A stretch of 64,000 bases of DNA, from positions 32,001-96,000 of the forward strand of contig JAPSGB010000001.1 of NCBI GenBank assembly GCA_035063585.1, read 5' to 3'. This DNA comes from Polyangiaceae bacterium (GTDB lineage: Bacteria > Myxococcota_A > Polyangia > Polyangiales > Polyangiaceae). The translations under genes and the position numbers were made by a program. Under the pieces are notes generated by a model. The model saw only the letters and a program-made list of their open reading frames with translations. It did not search any database and had not been told where the DNA came from. Positions 8,908 through 18,101 of the stretch are shown one piece after another. Every line of letters starts with the position of its first letter. Position 1 is the first letter of the stretch.

Positions 8908-11046
8908 ATGACCCGTCCTCAGCCCAACGCCTCGGCGCCGCGCGCGCTCGCGCCCGTGCGGCGTCTCTCGCTCAGCGCGACGAGCGCAGAAGATTTTCGT
9001 CGTCGTCTCGGCGAGTACTTCGTGAGCACGTTCGACACTTACGAGTCGCTCTTTCGCGCGCTCGCCTGCGAGGCCGCCTGGTACGAGCGCCCGATCACGC
9101 TCCGCCAGCCGCTCATCTTCTACTACGGGCACACCGCGACCTTCTTCGTCAACAAGCTGCTCCTCGCGCGGCTCATGACGGAGAGGATCGATCCGCACCT
9201 CGAGTCGATCTTCGCGGTAGGCGTCGACGAGATGAGCTGGGACGACCTCGACGACGCCAACTACGACTGGCCGACCGTCGAGCGGGTGCAGGCGTATCGC
9301 GATCGAGTGCGCGAGGTGGTGACCGGGATCATCGATCGCGCGCCGCTCACGCTGCCGGTCGCCTGGGAGCACCCGTGGTGGGCGATCGTGATGGGCGTAG
9401 AGCATGAGCGCATTCACATAGAGACCTCTTCCGTCCTCATCCGACAGCAGAAGCTCGAATACGTTCGCCATCAGCCGGAATGGCCGGACTGGGCGGGCGC
9501 CGGGCCCGCGCCGGCGAACGCGCTCGTCGCGGTGCCGGCAGGCGAGGTGCGGCTCGGTAAGGAGCGGGGCTCGGAGCGCTACGGGTGGGACAACGAATAC
9601 GGCGCGCACGAGGCGAGCGTGCCTGCGTTCGAGGCGAGTCGGCTGCTCGTGAGCAACGGCGAGTTTCTCGAGTTCGTGAAGGCCGGCGGCTACGAGAAGG
9701 ACGGCTACTGGGACGACGAGGGGCGGCGCTGGCGCGAGTTCGCTCGGGCCCGGCACCCGACGTTCTGGGTGGCCGACGGCGAGGCGTATCGGCTGCGGCT
9801 CATGACCCGCGAGGTGCCGATGCCGTGGAACTTCCCTGTGGAAACCAACTGCCTCGAGGCGCGAGCGTTCTGTCGCTGGAAGGCCGAGACACTCGGTCAG
9901 CCGGTGCGGCTACCGACGGAGGACGAGTGGCATCGGGTACTCGCCGCGAGCGGGTGGAAGCTCGACGACGCGGTCCCGGCGAACGCCAACCTCTACCTCG
10001 AGCACGCGGCCTCGCCGTGCCCGGTGGACCGCTTCGAGCACGGGCCCTTCTGCGACGCGGTCGGCAACGTGTGGCAGTGGACAGAGACGCCGATTTATCC
10101 CTTCGACGGGTTCCAAACGCACCCTTACTACGACGATTTCACCACGCCGACCTTCGACGACCGGCACAACCTCATGAAGGGCGGCTCCTTCGTGGCGACC
10201 GGCAACGAAGCGGAGCCCGAGTCGCGCTACGCGTTCCGGCGACACTTCTTCCAGCACGCCGGCTTCCGCTACGTGGTCGCCGAACCGCCCGTCGCGCCGC
10301 CGACCTCGCGCTACGAGACCGACGAGCTCATCTCGCAGTATGACGAGTTTCACTACGGCGCGCGCTACTTCGACGTCGACAACTTTCCTCGCGCGCTCGC
10401 CGCGCTCGCGATCGAGGCGGCGGGCGACGGCCCGCGCGGGCGCGCGATGGACCTCGGCTGCGCGGTCGGGAGGGCCACCTTCGAGCTCGCGCGGCACTTC
10501 GAGAAGGTCATCGGTGTCGATTTCTCGGCGCGTTTCATCGACGAAGGGGTGGCGCTCGCACGCGGCGAGAGCCTCCGCTACACGCTCACCGAAGAGGGTG
10601 AGCTCGTCGAGTATCGCACCGTCCGTCTCGCCGAGCTCGGGCTCGAGGAGACGGCCGCGCGAGTCGAATTCTGGCAGGGTGACGCCTGCAACCTGAAGCC
10701 CCAGTTCGCAGGCTACGATCTCATCCTCGCCGCCAACTTGATCGATCGCCTGTACGATCCGGCGCTCTTTCTCTCCACCATCCACGAGCGGCTGCACCTC
10801 GGCGGGCACCTCGTCATCGCTTCGCCTTACACCTGGCTCACCGAGCACACGCCGCGGGACCGGTGGCTCGGCGGGTTCAAGCGCGACGGCGAGTCTCACC
10901 GCACTCTCGACGCGCTCCACGAGAAGCTCGCGCCTCACTTCGATGCGGTGGGCTCGCCGCGCGAGGTGCCCTTCGTGATCCGGGAGACGCGGCGAAAATT
11001 CCAGCACACGCTGTCCGAGGTAACGGTCTGGCGGCGCGTGCGTTGA
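8908..11046 (+). CDS. ovoA: Ovothiol synthase OvoA (5-histidylcysteine sulfoxide synthase fused to SAM methyltransferase)
   Basis: DinB-like LRQPLIFYYGHTA, iron motif HERIHIE (HX3HXE), FGE-like GWDNEYG / RLPTEDEW / GNVWQW / YAFRRHFFQHAGFRY, C-terminal MTase DLGCAVGR...QGDACNL; GGAGAGGGA upstream of ATG 8908. Confidence 0.95.
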   Translation: MTRPQPNASAPRALAPVRRLSLSATSAEDFRRRLGEYFVSTFDTYESLFRALACEAAWYERPITLRQPLIFYYGHTATFFVNKLLLARLMTERIDPHLESIFAVGVDEMSWDDLDDANYDWPTVERVQAYRDRVREVVTGIIDRAPLTLPVAWEHPWWAIVMGVEHERIHIETSSVLIRQQKLEYVRHQPEWPDWAGAGPAPANALVAVPAGEVRLGKERGSERYGWDNEYGAHEASVPAFEASRLLVSNGEFLEFVKAGGYEKDGYWDDEGRRWREFARARHPTFWVADGEAYRLRLMTREVPMPWNFPVETNCLEARAFCRWKAETLGQPVRLPTEDEWHRVLAASGWKLDDAVPANANLYLEHAASPCPVDRFEHGPFCDAVGNVWQWTETPIYPFDGFQTHPYYDDFTTPTFDDRHNLMKGGSFVATGNEAEPESRYAFRRHFFQHAGFRYVVAEPPVAPPTSRYETDELISQYDEFHYGARYFDVDNFPRALAALAIEAAGDGPRGRAMDLGCAVGRATFELARHFEKVIGVDFSARFIDEGVALARGESLRYTLTEEGELVEYRTVRLAELGLEETAARVEFWQGDACNLKPQFAGYDLILAANLIDRLYDPALFLSTIHERLHLGGHLVIASPYTWLTEHTPRDRWLGGFKRDGESHRTLDALHEKLAPHFDAVGSPREVPFVIRETRRKFQHTLSEVTVWRRVR

Positions 11047-11060
11047 TTGGGAGGTCTGCG

Positions 11061-12140
11061 ATGAACCAGACGTCATTCGAAGATCGGGCCGCGGGCGCGC
11101 TCATGGGCGCGCTCATCGGCGACGCGCTCGCGGTGGGCCCGCACTGGTACTATGATCTCGACGCGCTCCGCGCGGCCTACGGCCCGTGGATCACGGACTA
11201 CACCGCCCCGAAACCCGGGCGGTACCACGAGGGGCTCGCGCCGGGTCAGTCGTCGCAGGCCGGGTACCTGCTCGAGCTCACCATGCGCTCGCTCGCGGAG
11301 CGGGGCGGGTACGACGAAGCGGATTTCTGCACGCGACTCGATCGTGAGTTCTTCCCGCTCATCGACGGCACCCCGCTGAGCGGGCCGGGCGGGTACACGA
11401 GTCAGTCGATGCGCGAGGCGTACCGGCTCCGCGTGAAAGAAGGGCTTCCGTGGGGGAAGGTCGGCGGGTACGCCGACGACACCGAGGCCGCCGAGCGGGT
11501 GCTCGCCATCGCAGTGCGCTACGCGCGGGCTCCGGGCGACCTCGCGAAATTCGTGAGCGCCAACACCGCGCTCACGCAAATCGACGTCACCGTCGGCGCG
11601 ATGACGACCGCATACTCGGCCGCGCTCGGCCTGATCGTCACAGGAGAGCCGTTCGACGCAGCGCTCAGCGGCAAGCTGATGACGCTCGTACGCGACGGCG
11701 TGCTCCCTTTCCACTCGGTCACCGCGGAGGGCGAGGATCGCGTGCCGCCCGGCCCCGAGCATCCGCGCCACGCCGGGCAATATCCCTCGCCGGACGCGCT
11801 CCTCGGGATGGGATATATTGCCGGGGCGGCGCGGGACCAGGGGGTGCGCATCGAGCCCGCGTGGAAGGTCTCCCAGGTGTACGGGATGCCATGCGCCGTC
11901 TATCACCAGTTCCCGGCGGCGTACTATCTCGCCTCGCACTTCGCAGACGATTTCGAGTCCGCCGTGCTCCACGCGGTGAACGGCGGCGGTCAGAACCAGG
12001 CGCGCGCCATCCTCACCGGCGCGCTGGTCGGCGGGCAGGTGGGTGTGACAGGGATCCCCGAGCGGTTCCTCACCGGGCTCGAGCGCTCAGACGAGCGGCT
12101 CGCGCTGGCGCAGCGCATTTCCTCGCAGGCGGCGGGCTGA
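11061..12140 (+). CDS. ADP-ribosylglycohydrolase-fold protein (J1-crystallin/SelJ-like branch)
   Basis: GALIGDALAVGPHWYYD; FESAVLHAVNGGGQNQARAILTGALVG; GIPERF; GGGAGG RBS; 14 nt after ovoA stop. Confidence 0.85.
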   Translation: MNQTSFEDRAAGALMGALIGDALAVGPHWYYDLDALRAAYGPWITDYTAPKPGRYHEGLAPGQSSQAGYLLELTMRSLAERGGYDEADFCTRLDREFFPLIDGTPLSGPGGYTSQSMREAYRLRVKEGLPWGKVGGYADDTEAAERVLAIAVRYARAPGDLAKFVSANTALTQIDVTVGAMTTAYSAALGLIVTGEPFDAALSGKLMTLVRDGVLPFHSVTAEGEDRVPPGPEHPRHAGQYPSPDALLGMGYIAGAARDQGVRIEPAWKVSQVYGMPCAVYHQFPAAYYLASHFADDFESAVLHAVNGGGQNQARAILTGALVGGQVGVTGIPERFLTGLERSDERLALAQRISSQAAG

Positions 12141-12249
12141 CGTTCGGCGGAGGCGGCCCCATAGTCGGAGCGGTTCATGATCCTGCGCGACGCGCCGAGC
12201 GAGCGGGTCGGGCGACGCGAGACGAGACGAGACGAGAAAGGGGCTCGAG

Positions 12250-12945
12250 ATGGCCACGAGTTACGACGTCAAACTCCTCGATAAGCGTGAAATTGCCGAA
12301 GGAACGCTGGAGTTTACCCTGGAGAAGCCCAAGGGCTTCGAGTATCGGGCCGGGCAATATGGGGATCTCGTGATCCCCGCGCTCGGCGGAGACGGCGATG
12401 ATTTCGAGAAGCACGGCTTCTCGTTCGCGAGCGCGCCATACGAGCCCACGCTGCGGATGGCGACGCGGATGCGCGACACGCCGTTCAAGCGCGCGGCGCG
12501 CGAGGTGCCCGTTGGCAAGACGGTGGAGTTGCTCGCGCTCTGGGGCGACTTCACCCTCCACAAGAACCCGGCCGTGCCGGCCGTCTTCGTGATCGGCGGT
12601 ATCGGCATCACGCCGGTGCGGAGCATCATCGCCGAGGCGACTCATCAGAAGCTCGCGCACCAGCTCACCCTCATTTACGCGAACCGCACCCGCGCGCTCG
12701 CCGCCTACACCGAGGATCTCGAGGGCTACGCGAAGGCGAACCCAAACTTCACCTTCGTGCCCATCTACACCTCGACCGCCGGACGCGTCACCGCCAGCAC
12801 GATCCGCGAGCATGTCCGAGACACCGCCACGCCGAAGTACTATCTCTCCGGCCCAGAAGGCATGGTCAAGGCGATGCGCTCGCTGCTCATCGAGGTGGGG
12901 GCGGACGAGGACAACGTCAGGACGGAGGAGTTTGACGGGTATTGA
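12250..12945 (+). CDS. Ferredoxin-NADP reductase-like FAD/NAD(P)-binding oxidoreductase
   Basis: YRAGQY, HGFSFASAP, IGGIGITPVRS, LIYANR, YLSGPEGMV and terminal EEFDGY. Confidence 0.9.
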   Translation: MATSYDVKLLDKREIAEGTLEFTLEKPKGFEYRAGQYGDLVIPALGGDGDDFEKHGFSFASAPYEPTLRMATRMRDTPFKRAAREVPVGKTVELLALWGDFTLHKNPAVPAVFVIGGIGITPVRSIIAEATHQKLAHQLTLIYANRTRALAAYTEDLEGYAKANPNFTFVPIYTSTAGRVTASTIREHVRDTATPKYYLSGPEGMVKAMRSLLIEVGADEDNVRTEEFDGY

Positions 12946-13348
12946 GCGAGGGAGGCCGGCGGTGGGCGCGTCCGAAGCGTAGCTCGTCAGCCGGGGCGGC
13001 TTTCGAGAGCTCGTCGATGAGCGCGAGCACGAGCGCGAGTCCCTCGAAGGTCGCCACGCCCGGGGGTCATGACCATCGTTCGTGCCCCGCACCGGTTCGA
13101 GCGTCGCGTCGACCGGGAGCGAGAACGCACGCGGCCGTGCACGAGGTGCGCGGAGCGGAAGCGAGGCGCCCGAGTCGCTCCACCCGGCGCAGAAAGAGAT
13201 CATCCGCCCCGCTCATTCGATAGAGCCTAGCTCGGTGAATGGGGCGCCGCCGCGTTCCTTGAACGATTCGCGATTCTCCCTGGGCTTCCACGCCGCAAGT
13301 GGTGCGCTCCCGGCCGGCGACTGATATGCTGTCGGATGAGCATCCGCG

Positions 13349-14215
13349 ATGACCGCAGAGCTACTTCATTGCCCGAACTGCGGCGCGCCGCACCGGTCCG
13401 CGCAAGCTGGGGAGGCGCTCACGTGCGAGTTCTGTCACGCGCGCTTCGTGGTCTCGACGCCGCCTCGCGGCGCCCAAGTCAACGGCGGGGACGCGACGCA
13501 AGGTCGCCCCGCGGCGGGCACCGGAGGGGCGGCCATCGGACTCCTCGTGATCCTGGTGGTTGCCATCGTCGCGGCGCTGATCGCGCGGGCCGCTAGTAGT
13601 CGGAAGAGCGCGGAGCAGGCGCGAGTCGGCGCGGATGAAGCGCCAGCGCCTCCTCTGGAGGCAGAAATCGTGCGGTACACCGAAGGCACGACCTCGATCG
13701 GCGCCCGCTTCTTCCTCGTCGAGGTAAAGAACACCGGCAGCGTGGAGCTCGCGCCGACGGTGGTCGTCAGCGGCTTCGACGCGAACGGTACGCGCGTCGT
13801 CGAGACGAAGGGCTACTCGCGTCGTGGCGCGCTCCAACCGGGCGCAATCGAGACCGTGCTCGCGCGCATCAACGAGAAGCCTACCTCGGCGCTCGCTCGC
13901 GTCGAGGTGGTCGTCGCTCCGACCGCTCCCTTCATCAAGACGCGATCGGTGACGGTCGCTGAGATCACCGAGCAGCCGAGCTACGGCTCCATGCACGAGC
14001 TCGTCGGCACCGTCGTGAACCAGACCCGTGAGAACGTCCAGAACGTCCAAGTCATAGCGGTCGGGCGTGACGCCTCGGGCAAACCGGTCGCCTTCGGAGA
14101 GGCTTACGCATCGACTACGAGCCTCGCTCCCGGCGCGCGCTCCGGTTTCCGCATAAGCGGCACCTGGGAGGTCAGCCGCCCGATGAGGTGGGAGGCGAGC
14201 GCGTTCGGGAATTGA
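13349..14215 (+). CDS. Zinc-ribbon, single-TM protein with two FxLYD-like Ig-type domains
   Basis: CPNCGA...CEFC; hydrophobic TM; two repeats of (G/V)EV.N.G...V....D..G..V......L.PG. Confidence 0.75.
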   Translation: MTAELLHCPNCGAPHRSAQAGEALTCEFCHARFVVSTPPRGAQVNGGDATQGRPAAGTGGAAIGLLVILVVAIVAALIARAASSRKSAEQARVGADEAPAPPLEAEIVRYTEGTTSIGARFFLVEVKNTGSVELAPTVVVSGFDANGTRVVETKGYSRRGALQPGAIETVLARINEKPTSALARVEVVVAPTAPFIKTRSVTVAEITEQPSYGSMHELVGTVVNQTRENVQNVQVIAVGRDASGKPVAFGEAYASTTSLAPGARSGFRISGTWEVSRPMRWEASAFGN

Positions 14216-14281
14216 GGCGAGCGCCGGCGCGATGCGCCGCCGGCGGTCGCGCGCGAGCGACGCGCGCCGGCGCACCCCAGT

Positions 14282-14992
14282 TCACGATGGCGGGCTCGCG
14301 AGCTCGAAGAGCAGCAGTTCGCTCGCGTCGGTCGCCTCGATGACGACCTCGGACTCGTTCGTGACGGCCGCGCCGTCGCCCTCGGCGAGCGCGTGGTCGC
14401 CGGCCGTGACGCGGCCGCGGACGACCTGAAGCCACGCCGCGCGCCCCTCGCGGAGCGGGAAGCTCACGCGCTCGCCGGGCTCGAGCAGCGTGGAGTACAT
14501 GCTCGCGTCTTGGTGCACGGTGAGCGAGCCGTCGCGCGCGTCGCGCGAGGCGACCAGCCGCCACTCTCCACGGCGCTCGCTCGCGGGGAACGCGCGTTGC
14601 TCGTAACCGGGCTCGAGGCCGCGGCGCTCGGGCACGATCCAGATTTGGAGGAACCTTACCCGCTCGGTCTTCGAGGGGTTCAGCTCGCGGTGGAGCACGC
14701 CCGTCCCGGCGCTCATGCGCTGGACGTCGCCCGGGCGGATCACCGAGCCGTTACCCATGCTGTCGCCGTGCTCGAGAGCGCCCTCGACCACGTACGAGAT
14801 GATTTCCATGTCGCGATGCGGGTGGGTGCCGAAGCCGCGAGCGGGCTCCACGCGATCGTCGTTGAGGACGCGGAGCACCCCGAAGCCCATGTGCGCGGGA
14901 GCGTGGTAGTCGGCAAAAGAGAAGGTGTGGCGGCTGTCGAGCCAGTCGTGCTCGCTCCGGCCGCGCTCGTCAGCGGGGCGTACTCGAAACAT
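14282..14992 (-). CDS. yhhW: Pirin family protein (YhhW-like)
   Basis: WLDSRHTFSFADY, FGTHPHRDMEIISYV, MSAGTGV.H.E and LQIWI. Confidence 0.93.
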   Translation of the reverse strand: MFRVRPADERGRSEHDWLDSRHTFSFADYHAPAHMGFGVLRVLNDDRVEPARGFGTHPHRDMEIISYVVEGALEHGDSMGNGSVIRPGDVQRMSAGTGVLHRELNPSKTERVRFLQIWIVPERRGLEPGYEQRAFPASERRGEWRLVASRDARDGSLTVHQDASMYSTLLEPGERVSFPLREGRAAWLQVVRGRVTAGDHALAEGDGAAVTNESEVVIEATDASELLLFELASPPS

Positions 14993-15036
14993 GTGAGACC
15001 TCCGTTCGAGCCCACAACCTAGGCAGCGCCAGGGTC

Positions 15037-15086
15037 AGCAACAATTCCATCAAGACAGAACTGTTTGTTGCTACTACGGGAACAAT
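15037..15086. promoter_or_regulatory. AT-rich LysR-type operator upstream of pirin
   Basis: TTGTT-N11-AACAA at 15065-15085 (T-N11-A dyad) plus inverted repeat AGCAACAA (15037-44) / TTGTTGCT (15065-72). Confidence 0.6.
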
Positions 15087-15138
15087 CGGGCTGACTTGGC
15101 GAGCTGTGGCGGGGTTCACCGGGCCATTCGGCTCACCC

Positions 15139-15600
15139 TCAGTGCTCGTGCCCGCTCCCGCCGTCGTGCCCGGTGCAGCGCGCGTCCTCCCAACCGACCC
15201 AGTAGGGGCCACCCGGGCCGTGCTCGCGTTTCCACACGGGGACGCGCTCCTTCAGGCGATCGATGAGCGCGCGGCAGGCGCGGAAGGCCTCGCCGCGATG
15301 CGGCGCGCTCGCCGCGCAGACGACCGCGACCTCCCCTACCCCGAGCGCGCCCACGCGGTGGAGCGCCGCGATGCGGGTGCCGGGGAGCTCGGCCTCGAGC
15401 TCGCTGGCGATCGTGAGCATCTCCTTCTCGGCCATGCTCTTATAGGCCTCGTACTCGAGGAGCGTGACCGCACGGCCGTCGTTGTGATCGCGCACGAGGC
15501 CGAGGAACGTCACGATACCGCCGGCTGCGGGGTGGCGCACGGCGGCGACCACTTCGTCGACGGAGATGGGCACCTCGCGCACTTCGAAGAGATGAGTCAT
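15139..15600 (-). CDS. moaE: Molybdopterin synthase catalytic subunit MoaE
   Basis: GGIVTFLGLVRDHN, LEYEAY, HRVG.L, SAPHRGEAF and PVWKRE. Confidence 0.95.
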   Translation of the reverse strand: MTHLFEVREVPISVDEVVAAVRHPAAGGIVTFLGLVRDHNDGRAVTLLEYEAYKSMAEKEMLTIASELEAELPGTRIAALHRVGALGVGEVAVVCAASAPHRGEAFRACRALIDRLKERVPVWKREHGPGGPYWVGWEDARCTGHDGGSGHEH

Positions 15601-16484
15601 CGCGTGTAGTCTCCCGAGCGACCGCCGCTCTTCTCGAGGAGCGTGGTCGGGCCGATCTCCATCGCGCGGTCGAAGGCCTTCAGCATGTCGTACACGGTGA
15701 GCGCCGCCATCGACGCGGCGACCATCGCCTCCATCTCGACGCCGGTGCGGTCGAGGGCCTCGGTGACGGCGCGGATCTCGACGCTGTTCGCGTCAGGCTC
15801 GAGGACGAGCTCGATGGCGACGCGGGTGAGCGCCACCGGATGACAGAGCGGGATGAGCTCGGAGGTGCGCTTGGCGGCTAGGATTCCGGCGATCCGCGCG
15901 GTGCCGAGCACGTCGCCCTTCGGCGCGTCGGCGCGAGAGAGCCGGCCGAACGCCTCCACGTTCATGCGCACGCGGGTCACCGCCACCGCGCGACGCAGCG
16001 TGGGCGCCTTCAGGTGCACGTCGACCATGCGGACCCCGCCGCCCGGCGCGACGTGCGTCGAGGTCGCGGTGTGCCCGACGATCTCGCGGTAGGCGTCCGC
16101 GATGCGCTCGGCGCGCCCGCGCGCGGCGACCTTGGCGAGCGCGTAGCGATCGAGCGGCGCGAGCGCCGCCCAGAGCGCCGGCGGCAGCGCGCGCTCGACG
16201 CCGAGCGCGGCCTCGACGACCGCCGGCGGCGCCGTCGACACCGGCTCGTCGAGCGGCTCGATCCGCTCGGCTGCAGGCGCAGCCGCGCGCGTGAGCTCCT
16301 CGACCCGCGCGGCGTCGACCAGATCGCCGGAGCCCGCGCGCGTCAGCTCGCGCCGCGCCTCGAGCGACAGGCTCTGCCACCCATCGAGCGAGAGCTTGAG
16401 CCCCGCGCCGTCGAGGGCGCGCCGCGCCGCGAGCGGCACGAGCTCGAGCGACTCATCGACGCCGTCGAAGCGATAGAGCTTCAC
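15597..16484 (-). CDS. moaC: Fusion: NarM-like (nitrate-reductase-associated) domain + cyclic pyranopterin monophosphate synthase MoaC
   Basis: C-half RMVDV..K, KGDVLGTARIAGI, LIPLCHP, TGVEMEA, YDMLKA, KSGGRSG; N-half L.LVPLAARRALDGAGLKLSLDGWQ.L...WAALAPLDRYALAK. Confidence 0.88.
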   Translation of the reverse strand: MKLYRFDGVDESLELVPLAARRALDGAGLKLSLDGWQSLSLEARRELTRAGSGDLVDAARVEELTRAAAPAAERIEPLDEPVSTAPPAVVEAALGVERALPPALWAALAPLDRYALAKVAARGRAERIADAYREIVGHTATSTHVAPGGGVRMVDVHLKAPTLRRAVAVTRVRMNVEAFGRLSRADAPKGDVLGTARIAGILAAKRTSELIPLCHPVALTRVAIELVLEPDANSVEIRAVTEALDRTGVEMEAMVAASMAALTVYDMLKAFDRAMEIGPTTLLEKSGGRSGDYTR

Positions 16485-16656
16485 GGGGGCAGAGCCTAGT
16501 TCACACCGGGCGGGGCCGCCACGACCGGGGCGGGGCGGTTCTTGCCGGGTCGCGGGGGCCTCGCCCCCCCGCAGCGTGCATCGCGCCGGCTCCCACCGCC
16601 GCGGGCGCGAGCTCGCATCGCGCGCCGCCTGCGCGCGATGCTACCGTGAGCGCACC

Positions 16657-18045
16657 GTGCCGTGCGCGTGGCTCGCTCGACTCACGGTCGCCCTCGCGGC
16701 GGCCTCGGCGTTTGGCTGCGGGAGCGGCACGCCGCCCACCGCGGCCCCGGGAGAGCTCTGCGGCGCGCGGCTCCGGCCAGCACGGCTCAGCTTCGACGCC
16801 GCGCCGGAGATCGAGACGCCCGAGTCACGCCTCGCGGTGGACATTCGGGTGAGCACCACGCGACTCGCGCGCGAGCTCGGCGCGCGCGTGCCGCGAGTGC
16901 TCGCGCACGCCGAGCGCGTGCCCGTCGGCACGCCCGGCGAGGCAAGCTACCGGGTCGCGCGCGGAGACTTCGCGGTGACGCTGTCAGGCGAACGGCTGGT
17001 CGTCGCGACGCCCGTGAGCGTGAGCATCGCGGTGTGCAAGCCGCTCGGACCCATCTGCCCAAGCTACGGCCGGTGCAGCGCCGAGCTCGCCGCTCGCGCG
17101 AGCGTGCCCTTGGTCCTCGACGCGCGTTACGAGCTCGGCGCGAGCCGCGTCGAGCTCGCGACCACGCGCGGCTGCGTGCTCTCACCCATCGGGCTCGACG
17201 TGACTCCGGAGCTCGAGCGCACCGCGCGCCAGCAGGTGGCCGAGTCGAAGCGACGAATCGACGACTCGCTGCCCTCCTTGGGGCCCGCGATCCGCGCCGG
17301 CTGGCAGCTCGTGCAGACGCCGGTCGGGCTCGGTAACACACCATGCGCGCGCATCTCGCCCGAGCGGCTCGCCCAGCAGCGACCGTCACTCGAGAGCGGC
17401 ACGCTCGTCACGCGGCTCGCGGTGTTCGGCCACGTCGGCGTGGAAGATCCCTGCCCGCCGCCCGACGCGCACCCGCGCGAGCGCGCGCTCCCAGCGCCGG
17501 AGCTGCGCGACGACGTGCCGGCCGGACTCGCGCTCGAGGTCCCGGTGCGGCTCGACTGGGGCGACGTCTCGGCCGCGCTCACCCGCTCGCTCGCGGCGGC
17601 GACCCGCGCTGGAGACGCCACCCGGATCGTGCGCGCGGAGGCGCGCGGCGCGCGGCTCGCCGGAACGTCCGTGGTCGCGCTCGCGCTCACGGTCGAAGGA
17701 GACGTGTGCGGCGAGGCGTGGGTCACCGCGGAGCCGTGGTACGACGCGGCGCGCGCCCGAGTGCGGCTCCGCCGCGTGGCCCTCGCGCCGAGCCAGCCAG
17801 AAGCCAGCGCCCTCGAGCTGCCCGCGCGCGTCGAGGAGAGCGCCGAGATCGCGCTGCCGGTAGAGCTCGGCGCGGCGCCGGCCGCGCTCGAGGGCCTGGT
17901 GAAGATGCTGATCAGCGGGGCCCCGGAGAGCGTCGCGGTCGACTTCCAGGTCGAGCCGCCGCGGGTCGGGCGGGTGCTGGTCGCTCCGCAAGCGCTCGTG
18001 CCGCTCGCGAGCCTGCGCGGACGCGCGGTGGTCGCCGTGAAATGA
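16657..18045 (+). CDS. DUF4403-like lipoprotein
   Basis: Lipobox SAFGC; SRLAVDIRV...LARELGARVP N-terminal pattern, beta-rich; start uncertain (16576-16657). Confidence 0.55.
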   Translation: MPCAWLARLTVALAAASAFGCGSGTPPTAAPGELCGARLRPARLSFDAAPEIETPESRLAVDIRVSTTRLARELGARVPRVLAHAERVPVGTPGEASYRVARGDFAVTLSGERLVVATPVSVSIAVCKPLGPICPSYGRCSAELAARASVPLVLDARYELGASRVELATTRGCVLSPIGLDVTPELERTARQQVAESKRRIDDSLPSLGPAIRAGWQLVQTPVGLGNTPCARISPERLAQQRPSLESGTLVTRLAVFGHVGVEDPCPPPDAHPRERALPAPELRDDVPAGLALEVPVRLDWGDVSAALTRSLAAATRAGDATRIVRAEARGARLAGTSVVALALTVEGDVCGEAWVTAEPWYDAARARVRLRRVALAPSQPEASALELPARVEESAEIALPVELGAAPAALEGLVKMLISGAPESVAVDFQVEPPRVGRVLVAPQALVPLASLRGRAVVAVK

Positions 18046-18101
18046 GTGCCGGCGGGGCGCAGGGGACAGCGCCCCGCGCCGCCCTGCGATAGGCTCGAGC
18101 G

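Noticed and set aside
8908..11046. Selenium variant (ovoselenol/selenoneine) or ergothioneine EgtB
   Set aside because: The fused C-terminal methyltransferase and retained YDDF tyrosine fit OvoA; no selD/senB or egtD in the window
12950..13220. Minus-strand frame with in-frame TGA at 13067-69 (selenocysteine or readthrough?)
   Set aside because: No recognisable domain or SECIS; more likely a degraded gene remnant or chance
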